From: Glaucostegus cemiculus
Lineage: Eukaryota
Assembly: GCA_976551045.1 (NCBI GenBank)
Contig: CDPCPM010000435.1
Location: forward strand, 992,001 to 1,056,000
Reading direction: 5' to 3'
DNA: 64,000 bases
Shown here: piece after piece, positions 38,956-52,039 of the stretch
Layout: each line of letters opens with the position of its first letter
Numbering within the stretch: position 1 is the stretch's first letter
Notes under the pieces: model-generated
What the model was told of the DNA's origin: nothing
Databases searched by the model: none
What the model saw: the letters and a program-made list of their open reading frames with translations, nothing else
Translations under genes and position numbers: made by a program

Positions 38956-39469
38956 GAAGGTCAAGAACAAAGAAATTGATAAACACTGTAACTAATATTT
39001 AAAATTCTAATTCAACTGATCGTCACAACTGATTTCCCCAAGTAACAAGCTGATCATATGAGCCAAATCAAGTACAGAAGGAAGGATCACTGGCGAGGTT
39101 CAGTGTTTGGTGCATTCTTCTTCCTCCTTTCCCTGTACCACACAATCTGTACACTGTTAATGATACGTAGGAGATGCCTGCTAGTTTAACCAGGAGCTCA
39201 TGGTCTGCAAGTGTGGAGAGAAGCATTTTCCTTCAGCTTCAAGTTCAATGGATGAAAACATTGGCTAGCACTGACACCTCAAATCATGAAAATTAAACAC
39301 TCTTCCAGCTTCTGTTGTTGATTCAGTTTATAGGTCTGTATTTACTAAGAGTTATGGGAATAAGTTTCTTCATTTACAAAGAGATTGTAGTCAGACAGAA
39401 AAGTGCGAAGGAAAGAAACATCTTAAAGCTCTTCCATATCTGGACAAGATGTTGCATTTATTTTAACGA

Positions 39470-41300
39470 AGGAACATAAGAAATTGGAGAACCAGTAGGA
39501 TTTAAGCCACTCTGAAACCTGCCCTGCCATTCAGTAAGAACACAAGAGTCTCAGCAACAGTTCCCTCCCTCTTCCTGTGACCCTCAATTCCCCTAAAATC
39601 TCCTTATTTATTGTAGCCTCAAATATATTTAATGACTCCACCTCCACAGCTCTCTGGGGTACAGAATGTGAAAGATTCACATTCCTTTCAGAGAAGAAAC
39701 AACTTCTCACCTCAGCCTTAAATTACCCTTTATCATGAGACTTAGTCCCTTGGTTCTAGCGGAAATACCTTCATAACTTCCACCTGTCATGCGCCCTTGG
39801 AGTCAGACACAAGACCATCGCTCATTCTTCTAAACTCCAGAGAGTAGGGGCCCAATCTGAGTAATTTTTCCTCATGTGATAATCCTTTCATATCTGTAAT
39901 CAATTTAGTTAACTTGTTCGATGTTCCTTCCAAGGCAAATGCAATAATTCTCCATTAATCCAGGAGGTTTTGGTGGTGGCAGACTGGCAGATTTTTCAGA
40001 CTATTGGATGTTATTCCAATTAATTCTCCAGCACCCTTCTAATTCATTTTTTGTAAAAGACGTTACAACAGTGGTATGATAGATTTTCCAGCAAGTCTAG
40101 TAAATATAAAGGGAGCGAGGCCCCAGTGTGTTAAAAAGGAGCAGTGGAATCTGCATCCAGTGGGCCAGGTGCTGAACAATCGGGATTTCTGAACAACCAG
40201 AGAGCAGATTATTAGAGCTTCAACAGTACGTGCTTGCTGAATGTGACCAGAATTGCACACTGTACTCCATGACCTCAAAGCCTCTAAATATTGTAAAACT
40301 TTCTTTGTTTTTATTCCCTCCCTCTTTCAATCAAGGCTAATTTGCCCTCATGATTACTTGCTGCAATTGTATGTCAACATTGTGTGTTGTACAAGGACAC
40401 CAGGATTCAATCACAAGCTTTTCACTATACCTCGGTACAAGTGACAATAATGTAGCAATAACAATTCAGGAACCTTACAACATTTAATTAATATTCTGGC
40501 TTTCTATTCTTCTAACTAAAGTGGAAAGCCTAAACTTTACCGTATACTCTATCTGCTTATTGTCTATACCTCTTTCAAGACTTTGTATTCTCGTAACTTA
40601 CAATGCCACCTCCATATCACAATACATTTGGATGCAATATACTTAGTTCCTTCATCTAAATTACAGTCTGTAAACAACTAAGGTCCCCGTACTGATGCTC
40701 ATGCCACCTGACTAATTACAGTATGCCAACCTGAAAATGTCTCATTTACCTTGACCTGCTGCTTTCTGTCCGTTAAACAGTCCTCTCCCCATTCTATCAT
40801 CTGCAATACCACGAGCCCTTATTTTGTGCTGTAATATTCCAAGTGGCACCTCATCTAGGTCCTTTTAGAAAACCTAAATGCACTGCAATAACTGGTTCCC
40901 CATGTTCCACCTTGCTGGTTACATCCTCAAATAGCACTACTAATTTTTATTAAACATAATTTCCCAACCATAAAGCAGTGTTAATTCTCCTTAAATAATT
41001 ATTTTCTAAGTGTTTTAACGACAGATTCCAGCATTCTCCCTGATAACTGGCCTTTCTCTCTCCCTCCTTTCCAGAAGCTTTTCCAATGGACTGGAACCTT
41101 TCCAAAATCTCGGGCACTTTGGAAGATCACAAAGAATGCATCTATAATCCCTGTAGCCACTTCTTTCAGAATCCTCTGATCTGAGCCAGCAGGTCTTGGG
41201 GATTTTTCAGCCTTTAATCCCAATAATTTGCCGAATTCACTTCCTTTAATGAGAGTGATTATTTTGTGTTCCTCCTTCCATTTTGCCTGATTTCCATTGT
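39470..41300 (-). mobile_element. Old fragmented CR1 LINE
   Basis: GLKAEKSPRP..RILKEVATGIIDA..IFQ at 40999-41223, plus a decayed 3' end near 39470. Confidence 0.65.
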
Positions 41301-42495
41301 TTATGATACTTTTGTATTGTCTAAATATGTATCTGTTATCACAATAATGTCACCATTTCCTTACTTCCCCTCATTCATTTCCCAATGATTTATTTCCTCT
41401 GTTATTTCTTATCTCCATCTAAATGTGTTCTGCTGCCCAACTTCCTGAGCCAAGATCATTTCCCACTACTGTCCTAATGTTATCCTTTGTTAACAGTTAC
41501 CCCACCTCCATTTCCATTCTCTCTGTTGCTGCAAAACATCAAGATTATTCAGTGCTTGAACACAATGTCTCTACAATTATTATTAAATCATATCCAATTG
41601 TCACTATTTGAGCCATCAATTCCTGGCACCAATGCTTCATTCATTCAGATAAAAGACCTTTAAATGTTGACTTCTTTCTATTAGTTCCAACTTTGACCCC
41701 ATTAGCTGTTACACCATTATCATTGTACACCCACTACTTCCATCACATTCTGCTTATCATTACTCACATCTCAGCTATGCATCACATTGTTCCTTGTAAA
41801 TTTTCTTTCACCTGAAATCTCCCCTCCAGTATTTAGTTTTCCTCTACAGATTTGGTTCTTCAATTCACTAGGCACTGGTCCCAGAAGTATTCAGATGAAG
41901 CCCACCCCAACGAAGTGGCTCCCTTTCCCCCCAGAACTGGTGCCAATTCCCATTAATTGAAAACCCGTCTCGCACACCGCTCTCTGAACGCTGCATTCAG
42001 CGCTCTAATCCATTTGATCCCAGGCCAATTTGCATGCTGTTTGGAGTAATCCAGAGATCATTGCCTTTGTGGTTTTGCTTTTTAATTCATTCAGTAGTGA
42101 AATGGATACTTTAAATATTTGCTAAAATGATCCTGGACTATCATATAACATGCCTGTTGATAAGTGTGCTGTTCAATGCAGTGGGAGGGATAGTATCAGC
42201 ACCTGTGAGCCCTTTAAGGTCTAATCCTATTTCTGGCGATCATGATCTGATCTCCACACTGCGGAGGAACCAGGAGGGAAAGTTAGTGCACTCTCATGCC
42301 CTCAGCTGTAGAAACTGTTCTTCTCTGAGGGCAGAGTACTAGGCGAACGAAAAGGAAGAGGCAGGAAAAGTAAAACTGCAACCACACTTAAGAGTGGCAA
42401 AACGATAGTGCACTCACTTCTTCCCAAGTCACGGCCCTATGGATACAATTCCGAGCATCTGTGATGCTGTGAACAGTTGGCATGCGCTGGAATTA

Positions 42496-42714
<219 letters not shown>

Positions 42715-43327
42715 TCAGTGTGGGAGGAAACGTTTGCTCTCTTGTGTTGCAATTAAGAGACAGAAAAAAAAACAATGTGCTTACACTTAGCACTAGGAGG
42801 ATCATGAAAATCCAACTCTCATGCATTCACCTCGGTCATGCTCACCTCATCATTCCACAATGAAAAAACTAGTAGCACTTTAAGATAATAATCAGCAACT
42901 TTAATCAAGAGCAACCACCGGAGATCTACAACTGAGTCATAGGTTCTGTTGCTATCATCTGGAATGAACGAACTAGATAACAACATGTATTTGAAATGAA
43001 GGAAACAATAAGCATGTAGTGGGTGAGGCAGCACGTTCTAACAGTAAAATCTGAAGCCAGCCAAGGGAAATGATTGTCTTTTCTTCTGCTTGCCGTTATG
43101 GGAACTCAATTGAAATGGTTCAGGCAACATAGACCTTGTTCTCAGTAGGTAAACACAAATCTAGTCTCATAATTGGAAATAGCTGGCACATCAAATCCCC
43201 CTACTGCATAAATAAATCATCGCTGTAATATCTATTCATCAAATCAAAGTTGCGGCTTTGCTTCATAGCTTGACGGCAGGGTAATTCCGGAGAGCTCTGA
43301 GATTCTGACAGGTAAGAGAGCTCTGTG

Positions 43328-43535
43328 GAGACACAAGAGGCTGCAGCTGCTGGAATCTGGAGCAACAAACAATCTGCTGGAGAAACTCAGCGGGTCGAGC
43401 AGCATCTGTGGGGGTGGGGAATGAATTGCCAACGTTGTTCCAGATTCCAGTATCTGCAGTCTCTTGTGTCTAGTCCTGATGCAGGGTTCTGACCCAAAAC
43501 ATCAACAATTCCTTCCCCCCCCACACAGACGCTGG
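43328..43535. mobile_element. Rearranged inverted Penelope-type repeat with degenerate hammerhead motif
   Basis: 43330-43361 is inverted to 43439-43470; AGTCCTGATGCAGGGTTCTGACCCAAAAC begins at 43472. Confidence 0.7.
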
Positions 43536-46089
43536 GGGGGGGGGTGAAGGAATTGTATGTGTGTGCGTGCGTCATTTGCAACCTGTTCGTCACCCACTCT
43601 TTCGTTCCCTTCTACTCAATGTTGATTCTTTTTCTATGATTTTTATTCACTCAGTGTCACACCTCATTTTATATTTTCTCTGTGTCCTTGTGTATCAAAT
43701 TACACCAGGATAGTTCAGTGGTGAGATGGGAGAGCAGAGTACACTCTGCACTTTATCTCCAAACTTGGCTCCAGCCCATGGAGATAATCTAGAATTCAGA
43801 CTTTAACTGGTCTTGGGTTTTGATTAACTACTGAGCTTCTAATGGTGAAGCTTCCTCACGTTACACTGAAAGCAGGTGAAGCCATCCACTGGAATATTAG
43901 TCAAGTCAGTTGATCATTATTCTAACCAGCTTAAAAGGAAGGTAAAAAATCAAAGTGACATCTTGGAATTCTGGTGAGGATAGACAATGATAAAACTTAT
44001 GCACGGGCACTACCTAGACTTAACTTCCTGATATATGGTTTCAAAATAAAACAATGGCAGCAACGGAAGTACATTAAAAGACAATTACAACGAAAAATTA
44101 ACATTACCAAACATTTTTTTGAAATGTCAGGTTTGTACAAAGTAGAATAATAAAACCTGTAGCTTGATTCAGTGAGGTATTTCATTAACAAAAAGTTATG
44201 GTTGAATAAACACATTACTGGTCCCTCTCCAACACATGCCTCCTGCTCCCCTAACCAGCTCCACGTGCTGCTAGTTGAACAATTTACTTACAGATAATAA
44301 ATATAACTCCTTGGCAGCATGGGATTGCTGGAATATTTAGCAGAAGTCCTCAAGCTTTATATTTAAAATTGTGTCCATAATTACTTGCTAGGTATAAAAT
44401 AAATTAATTGTCGATTTTCCATCTTCTCAAAAAATCTCAAAGTGAAAGCAGTTGGCTATTTCAGTAAGAAATCTTCCTTCCTCTTCTTCACACATGATGG
44501 ATTCGCAACCACATAATGAGAGCAAAATCAGATGAACGGGAGGCAAAAGCAGCGCACACTGTGCTGCTGATCCAACGGAGGTAATCACTAGTCACAGTGG
44601 AAACCTCCAACCAGTAATATCACTTCATCACTCAGCAAGAAAGAGGGACATATCAGTCACCACAGACAAGTCCCATTACATCCACAGAGCAGAGGGCAAG
44701 CATTTAGTAGGTACATTGGTCCATTCTAAGTGCTTGTGACCTGTGCAAAGCCATACAAGCAGATCGTAAAATGTAGTAATAACTGCATCACATTATTCAG
44801 CTCCTTTAGGCACATTAGTGGGGCAGGTTAGCTCCGTATTTGGACCAACTTGTTTATTGGAGCACAGTTCCCGTGATGCTGACATGCAGTTCACTATGTG
44901 AAGCACTGAGATGTTCCAGCACAATATAAAAGGCATATAAAGGCAAGATGTTATAGACCAAGAACAGCCTTCCTTACAACTCTTTAATGTAAGCACTAAG
45001 AGCTCCCCTAAGTCCTCTGGGGGTGAGTTCAGAATGAGATAGGGGCAGGATTCGAGAAAGTCCCTGCAGCATGCAAATTCACAGCTGTGCCTCGCACCAT
45101 GAATCCATCAAGGGAGGAAACTTCCCAAAGCTCAACACGTTGGAGATGAATTCTGCAAGGGAAAAAATCCAGAGTTTTACATTACTCTAAGAAAAACAGC
45201 TGCCAGCATCTCTCTTTCAACTCCTTCAGTAAGCTTTTGAATACTGATTGTGCACAGAACTGTTTTATTAAAAGGTTTTAAAGAAATAGATGTTCAAAAA
45301 CTAATTCTATTAATTATAAATTTTGAAATTTTCAAGTCAACGCTTACCTGTGAAATCTTATACACTGTTTTAATCTTGTTCCTTTTTCTTCTCTTTTCCA
45401 AAAACATAAATCAGTTTCAGTTTCTCGTTTCTTTTCTTGGTTCAGTTCTGCTTTTGCGATACCAGTTGTTCTTTATTCTCAGATTTTATGTAACACAGGT
45501 GAAGATAACTTGGCTTACGCCTGATCAAAACTCTAAATTAGCTTTCCGAAAATGGTATTGTTATGTTTTCCTATATTCACTCTGAGCATTGCAAAAAATA
45601 CAATGCAAATCTGAGGGATTAATTACATGTTACATACCATGTAGTTTTCGGAATGTAAAGTTTTAAAGTTTGTGTGCAAAACAAAAATGATGAAGTATGG
45701 GACATCAGAGACTGATTGTATGATAGATAAACTATTCAGTATTAAAATACCGAGGGATTCAATCAATGACTGGTTAATTTGATCCTACAATTCACTGAGG
45801 GAAAGGATAATGCTGAATTAATCCCATAAACTGGAGAGCCTCTTCTAGCTCAACTCACTCACAAAGTGTGCTAATTGAGTGTTAATGTTTCTTTCTCTTA
45901 TTCTTTCCTATAACCTCAAAGTTGGAATTCGTCAGCTGCTTCAGCCATCCCTCCTTTTCAATAACTGACACCCAAGCTTGGCCTTATCCACCCACTTCTT
46001 CCCCATCTATCACTGCCTTTTAAGGTGAATGGTTCTTACATGGTGACCTGTCACCTGGGTTTCACAATGACAATACAGATCTGCTCCTT

Positions 46090-46362
46090 TCTTTATTTTT
46101 TTTAATTTTAATTTTTTTAATTTTTATTTACAGCGTGGTAACAGGCCCTTTCGGCCCAACGAGTCTGTGCCACCCATTTTAAACACCCCAGATTAACCTA
46201 CCTGTACGTCTTTAGAATGTGGGAGAAAACCGGAGCACCCGGAGGAAACCCACGCAGACACGGGAGAACATACAAACTCCTTACAGAGAGCGACGGGAAT
46301 CGAACCCCTATCGCTGGCGCTGTAACAGCGTTGCGCTAACCGCTACGCTATCGTGCCGCCCC
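46090..46362 (-). mobile_element. Young tRNA-derived V-SINE with intact Pol III A/B boxes and CR1-type tail
   Basis: TAGCGTAGCGG (A box) and GGTTCGATTCC (B box), CpGs retained, GGGCCGAAAGGGCCTGT tail followed by an A-rich end. Confidence 0.9.
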
Positions 46363-46427
46363 AATGGAACTGTTATAATGGAACTGTTATAATTACACTG
46401 CTTTCAATGGGTTAGGTATAACATCCT

Positions 46428-46715
46428 GGCAGGCAAGGTAGTGTAGCGGTTAGTGTAATGTTTTACCATGCCAGTGACCCCGGTTCAATTCCCACTGCTT
46501 TCTGTAGGGAGTTTGTATGTTCTCCCTGTGTCTGTGTGGGTTTCCTCCGGGTGCTCCGGTTTCCTCCCACATTCCAAAGACGTACAGGTTAGGAAATTGT
46601 GGGCATGCTAGGTTGGCGCCGGAAGCGTGGTGACACTTGCGGGCTGCCCCCAGAACACTCTACGCAAAAGATGTATTTCACTGTGTGTTTCAACGTACGT
46701 GTGACTAATAAAGAT
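46428..46715 (+). mobile_element. V-SINE with the same head but an L2/Rex-type tail
   Basis: TAGTGTAGCGG and GGTTCAATTCC boxes; tail TTTCACTGTGTGTTTC..GTGACTAATAAAG. Confidence 0.85.
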
Positions 46716-47089
46716 CTAAGAAAGAAATGGGATCCATTTGCGCCTCTTTTTAAAAGCAAAATTATTCAAAAATTGTTTTGCACAAGGTTTTGAGGTACCA
46801 ATTATGCCCATTTCTGGCACCCGTTGTGTAACTGTACCCAGCTTGAAGTTACAATTCACCATGGCATAAGTGACAAGTACCCACCTCCATCAATGAATGT
46901 GTAGCTCATCACTTTTACACAGGAATAAAAGAAGTTGTTCACAACTTTGCTTTTCTCACACGACCAAACAAGGAGCAAACCACGGAAGTAAATGTGATTG
47001 CAAGTGCCCTGGCTGGGATAGACTGTATCAGTACCGACACCGTGACCTTCATTTCTCATGCTGACCCTTTTGTTCTCTGGTGGAACTAA

Positions 47090-47785
47090 TGAAAAGTTGC
47101 AGCAACCCCATGTTACGCACCTCAGTGCAAGGTGCTGAGATCAGCACCTCCCATCAGCGCAACCGGGTGGGTCACCACCGACTCAGCTGGATCAGCCACA
47201 AACATCGTGGCCACATGCACAGGTCAGAGGTTGGCTATCCTGCAGTGAGAGACTCACCTTCTGATACCACAAAGCCTTCCCACCATGTACAAGGCACCAG
47301 TCAGGAGCATGATGGAAGACTCTCTACTTGCCAGGACGAGTGCATCTCCGACAGCAGTTAAGAAGCCCGAAACCATTTGGTACAAAATAGCTCATCTACT
47401 GGAAGCCCATCCAGCACCCAAACCTTCATTCTGTCTCGTGCACGATGCCCTCAGTATGTACCATCTATCAATTGAACTACAGTTACTTACGGTTTACAGA
47501 CAGCACCTCCCCAACCCATGACCTCAACTACCAATAAGGGCAAGGACAGCAGGCTCAAGGGAAGACCACCTCCTGGAAGTTCCCCTCCAATTACATTTGG
47601 AAATGTATCGGCCATTCCTCCATTCCTTCTAAATCCCGGAACTCCATCCCCAGCAGCGCCGTAGGAGCACCTTCACCAGAAGGACTACAGTGGTCCAAGA
47701 AGGCAGCTCACCATCAGCTGCTCAAGGGAGAATTAGGGATGGACAATTGTGCTGGCCATGCCCCCAATCCCCACATCCCAAAAAC
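47090..47785 (+). mobile_element. L2/Crack-group LINE 3' fragment
   Basis: YKAPVRSMMEDSLLA..ASPTAVKKPETI resembles the YKAQVRSVMEYSPLAW RT C-terminus. Confidence 0.6.
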
Positions 47786-48840
47786 TGAATTATAAAGATG
47801 CTGGTGTTATGTCTGCTCTGTAGCATTGAAGGAAGGCGAGGATGGCTCCATGAAGAGTCTGGAGCACCAACCTACCTATTTCTACCCACGCCCTCATCAC
47901 CACTACGGTAACACTTATACCCCTGTAACGTACCTTCCATGGAGAGATACATTAACATGGGAACTGCAGGCTCTGCAGACAGCCGCCATATGTAAATGTG
48001 TAGGTCATGTTTCAACACTTCGAAGTTGGGAAAACCACATTAACTTGTGGTTCCTTTAAAGTGAGAAATGATAAGTTGAACTTCTCGAACTGTATAGGCG
48101 CTTATTAATACATAGACGCACTTTAAACAGATATGAATATGTGGTGTTGTTATGTTTTTAGTTTTGTTTTTAGGGATGTTTTTAGACTATTTTAGATATT
48201 TATCACTGTTCTTTTGTGCACTGACATGAACTGGCGAGAAACAGTATTTCGTTTTTTTGTGTATGTAAATACTCAAAGAAAGACAATAAAGTGAATCTTG
48301 AATCTTGAATCTAGAATGCCTCAATTTCAGTTTGTTTGGCGACTCAGACTTGGCGTTTATCACCCTGCACAAAACACATTCACTGCATCAAGAAAGGGTA
48401 GAATATAATTTCTGGGCAACCTTTTCTGAGGTTCAAGATATTTATTCACTCCCTTTCCCCAACAAACACAGCTGAAGTGGGTTTAGAAAGCCCAAAATCA
48501 CAAAGGATTGGATAAAATTTCAATCTATTGCATAACAATTTGTCAAACTCTACCCAAAGATACCTTAAAGAAAAGATTTTATAAAACAACACAAAATGTT
48601 CTGCCACGACAGCAATGATACTGATGTCGAAACACCAGTGAGGTGGAACCTCGAGGGCTCGGAATTAGATGGACCAATTTCTTCTGTTCCAAACTGAAAA
48701 CTTATTTTCACTTCCTGAATCTGTCCTTCACCTTGACGTGCAGATACCCTCAATTTATAGTGTAGTCCATAGTAGTGATGCTGTTTGCTCAAGTTGTACA
48801 GGGGTTTAGTTCAGTTTAGGCAACACACACTCAACACTTA

Positions 48841-49724
48841 GAACAATGCAGCACAAGAAGAGGCCCTTCAGCCCATCATGTCTGTGCTGACCATAATGCC
48901 AATCTAAATTATTCCTGTCTGCCTGCACGCGGTCCAATTCCCTTTAGTCCCTGCCTGTTCATCTCTCTATCTGAATGCCTCATTGCCATCATATCTGCTT
49001 CTACCATCTCTCCTGGCAGTGTGTTCCAAGCTCCTACCATTCTCTGTGTAGAAAAAAACGTCTTGCAAATGCCCTTTGAACACTCCCCTTCTCACATTAA
49101 ACCTACGCACTCTAGTCTTGACATTTCTATCCTGGGAAAAGGACTCTATCTATCCCTATCCACGCTTCTCATAATTTCATAAACTTCTATCAGGTTGGCC
49201 CCAGCCTCTGATGCCCCAGAGAAAACAAGGAAAGTTTGTCCACTTCTCCTCATAACTTATACACTGCAATCCAAACAACTTCCTAGTGAACATCCTCTCC
49301 AGCCTCTCCAAAGCCTCCTACATCCTTCCTATAGTGTGGCCACCAGAACTGCATACAACACTCCAAAAGTGGACTAACCAAAGTTTTATACAAAGCTGCC
49401 ACATACCTTCCCGACTTTTGTGCTCATCACCCTGTCTGACGAAGACAAGCAAGAGCCTTCTTTACCACCCTATCCACTTGTGTTGCCTCTTTCAGGAGCC
49501 TCTGGACTTTACACCACAAAATCCCTCTGCACATCAGTGCCGTTAAAGGTCCTGCCATTTACTGTATCCTTTCCCCATCTATTTCACCTCCCAAAACGCA
49601 CTACCTCACACTTGTCCAGATTAACCTCCACCTGCCATCGTACCGCCCAAATTTCCAACTGTATCCTTTGACAACCTTCCTCGCTCTCTGCAGCTCTGCC
49701 AACCTTCAGGTCATCTGCAGACTT
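48841..49724 (-). mobile_element. CR1 LINE 3' fragment starting right after the exon donor site
   Basis: 5' end reads SKSADDLKVG (FADD motif region); 3' UTR GGGCTGAAGGGCC..TGTTC ends at ~48841. Confidence 0.88.
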
Positions 49725-49730
49725 ACTTAC

Positions 49731-49884
49731 CTGTGAGGAGTGGGTGGAAGGGAAGGCTTCATGGGATTCATGGAGTTCATGGGGGGCTGTAAGGGCAACT
49801 TAACAGCCGGATTGTTTGGACGGCTCTTCTGATGGCGCAGAAGGAGGAGTCGACCCAAATCCTCACACCACGAGGTAAGCAGGG
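49731..49884 (-). CDS. ZMIZ2: ZMIZ coding exon (154 bp): [51 protein letters not shown](S)
   Basis: Acceptor CGTAG|CC, donor CACAG|GTAAGT, phase 1 to 2. First half matches ZMIZ1 [22 protein letters not shown]; second half matches the human ZMIZ2 N-terminus. Confidence 0.95.
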
Positions 49885-50169
49885 CTACGTAAGAAACAAA
49901 GGACAAGTCAGTAAACACCAGTGAAATACAAAACCCAGGCAAGGACCTCCTTATATACAGCACTGAAATAAACTGGGAATGACACACGGATACTCAAAAA
50001 TACTTTAACACTCTCGGATCAGTACCCAACGTACAATCCTGCGTAGAAGATCCTCGTGTGCAAACATGCACACACATCATGAATACCAGAGTAACAGAGC
50101 TATAGACGGCACAGAAAGAGGCCATTTGACCATCAAGTTTCAGCCAGCTCATAGTGGACCTTAGGAGGA

Positions 50170-50575
50170 ACTGGACAACCTCTCTCTCCTCCTGATCTCC
50201 CCAGTTCCTCCCACACCCACCCCACATTCATCCCCTATCGCCCTGTTTCTTCACCCACTCCACCTACCCGCACACACACACCTCCCATTGGGTCCCCTTC
50301 CCCTACTGTTTCCATCTGCCCTCCCCACCCATCACCTCCCAGCCCCCGTCACCATCTCCACTCTCCCCTCCTCCACCTGCCTGTCACCTCCCCTCACCTG
50401 GATCCACTTATCACTTGCCAGCTCTTGCCCACTCCTTCCCCTCAACTCTTTACACAGGCCATCGCCCCTCTTATCTTTCAGTCCAGATGACAAGAAACGT
50501 TGACAGTCCATTTCTCTCCACAGTTGCTGCCTGACCCACTGCCTAATTCCTCTAGCAGTTTGCTTTTTCATTCTT
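50170..50575 (+). mobile_element. Penelope-like terminal repeat, pyrimidine-rich, hammerhead stem II deleted
   Basis: CAGTCCAGATGACAAGAAACGTTGACAG at 50479-50506, followed by the conserved TCTCCACAG.TGCTGCCTGACCC. Confidence 0.65.
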
Positions 50576-51057
50576 TTTTAATCCCATACTTCTAGAAACA
50601 TACTTGTTAGCCCATGTCCTCACCATGGGAGGGGTATATCCTATTCCACCAGCAGGGCAGGATGGTGGTGTACGGTCAGGAAGCAGTGATTCTTGGGTCC
50701 TCAGAATTGAGCCCAAACACCTTTAAGAGTCATGGTAACAGGTGGACAAATCTGATTTTATTTTTTGATGCAGTAACTGGTAAGATGCGACAGGTAGTTG
50801 TCATGCTTTGATTTTCAGAAGGTGAATGATAACATCCCACGTAGAAGGCAGTGGGAAGCACAATCTACCTGAACACAGCCTTGTCCAAGCACTGGCACTT
50901 TAGAACATGGAACATTACGGCACAGTACAGGCCCTTCAGCCTATGATGCTGTCCTGACCTCAGTTTAGCTGTTTAATTGTCCACCATCATTCACAACCAG
51001 ATGTGGTAGGACTGCAAAGCTTCAATCTGATCCTGTAGTTTTGAGACTGTTTATCTA

Positions 51058-51465
51058 CCTCATAGAGATATTTAAAATGTTGAAAGGACTGGACAGAATA
51101 GATGTGGCCAAGCTGTTTCCCTTGGTGGGGGAGTCCAGGACCAGAGGGCATAACCTTAGAATTAGAGGGTACAGGTTTAAGACAGAGACGAGGAGAAATT
51201 TCTTTAGCCAGAGGGTGGTGGCATTATGGAATTCCTTGTCACAAGAAGCAGTGGAGGCCAGATCATTGGAGGTGTTTAAGGAGATATAGATAGATAGATA
51301 TCCAATTAGTCAAGCTATCAAGGGATACGGAAATAAGGCCAGAACTTGGGGTTAGAATAAGTTGTTTTTATTTGTTTCTCTCTTCTTCTCCCCCCATTCC
51401 TTTCCCTTTGGAGCAGACTCGATGGGCCGAATGGCCTACTTCTGCTCCCTTGACTTGTGATATTG
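51058..51465 (+). mobile_element. CR1 LINE 3' fragment
   Basis: LIEIFKMLKGLDRID..ESRTRGHNLRI..FFSQRVVALWNSL. Confidence 0.9.
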
Positions 51466-52039
51466 TGGTAAGCCTAGTAGTTTCTAGTGTAGGGATATGT
51501 TCGACACAGCTTTGTGGATCGAAGGGCCTGAATTATGCTGTAGATGTTCTATGTTCTATTACATGCTACCTAGCACACGCATAGTCCTGTGTTGCACCTT
51601 CAACAGGTTGGCACTTCATTTTTAGGTACACCTTGTGCTGCCCACAGTGTGTCCTTCTGCACTCGTTATTGAACTAGGGACGATCTCCTGGCATGACAGC
51701 AACGTTAGAGTAAGGGATGTAGCGAGCCCCAAGGTTACAGACTGTGGTGGTGTACCCTGCTGCTAATAATTGACAATGTCTCGCGGACGCCTGGTGTGGA
51801 GCTGCCAGTATCCCTTTTCATTTGTTTCCTGGTTCCTCGGAGCAAAAGCTCAGCTGGTGCCAGTGGCCCATTTATAGTTACTATCCCTGGATATCTGAAG
51901 GGTCCATCTGCCATACTGCATGTACAGGACTTCAGTATTTATTCACTGAACTGTTCCTTCCTCGGGAGCTCTTGGGTTGTAATTGAAGCAGTGTGGTGCA
52001 GGGACCTGAAGGAACATCTTGCAGACCTGCGCCACAAAC

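Noticed and set aside
38411-38970. His/Thr-rich ORFs
   Set aside because: Translations of a GT microsatellite.
46285-46362. tRNA gene
   Set aside because: A and B boxes are present, but the sequence continues into the SINE core and tail and I see no full cloverleaf.
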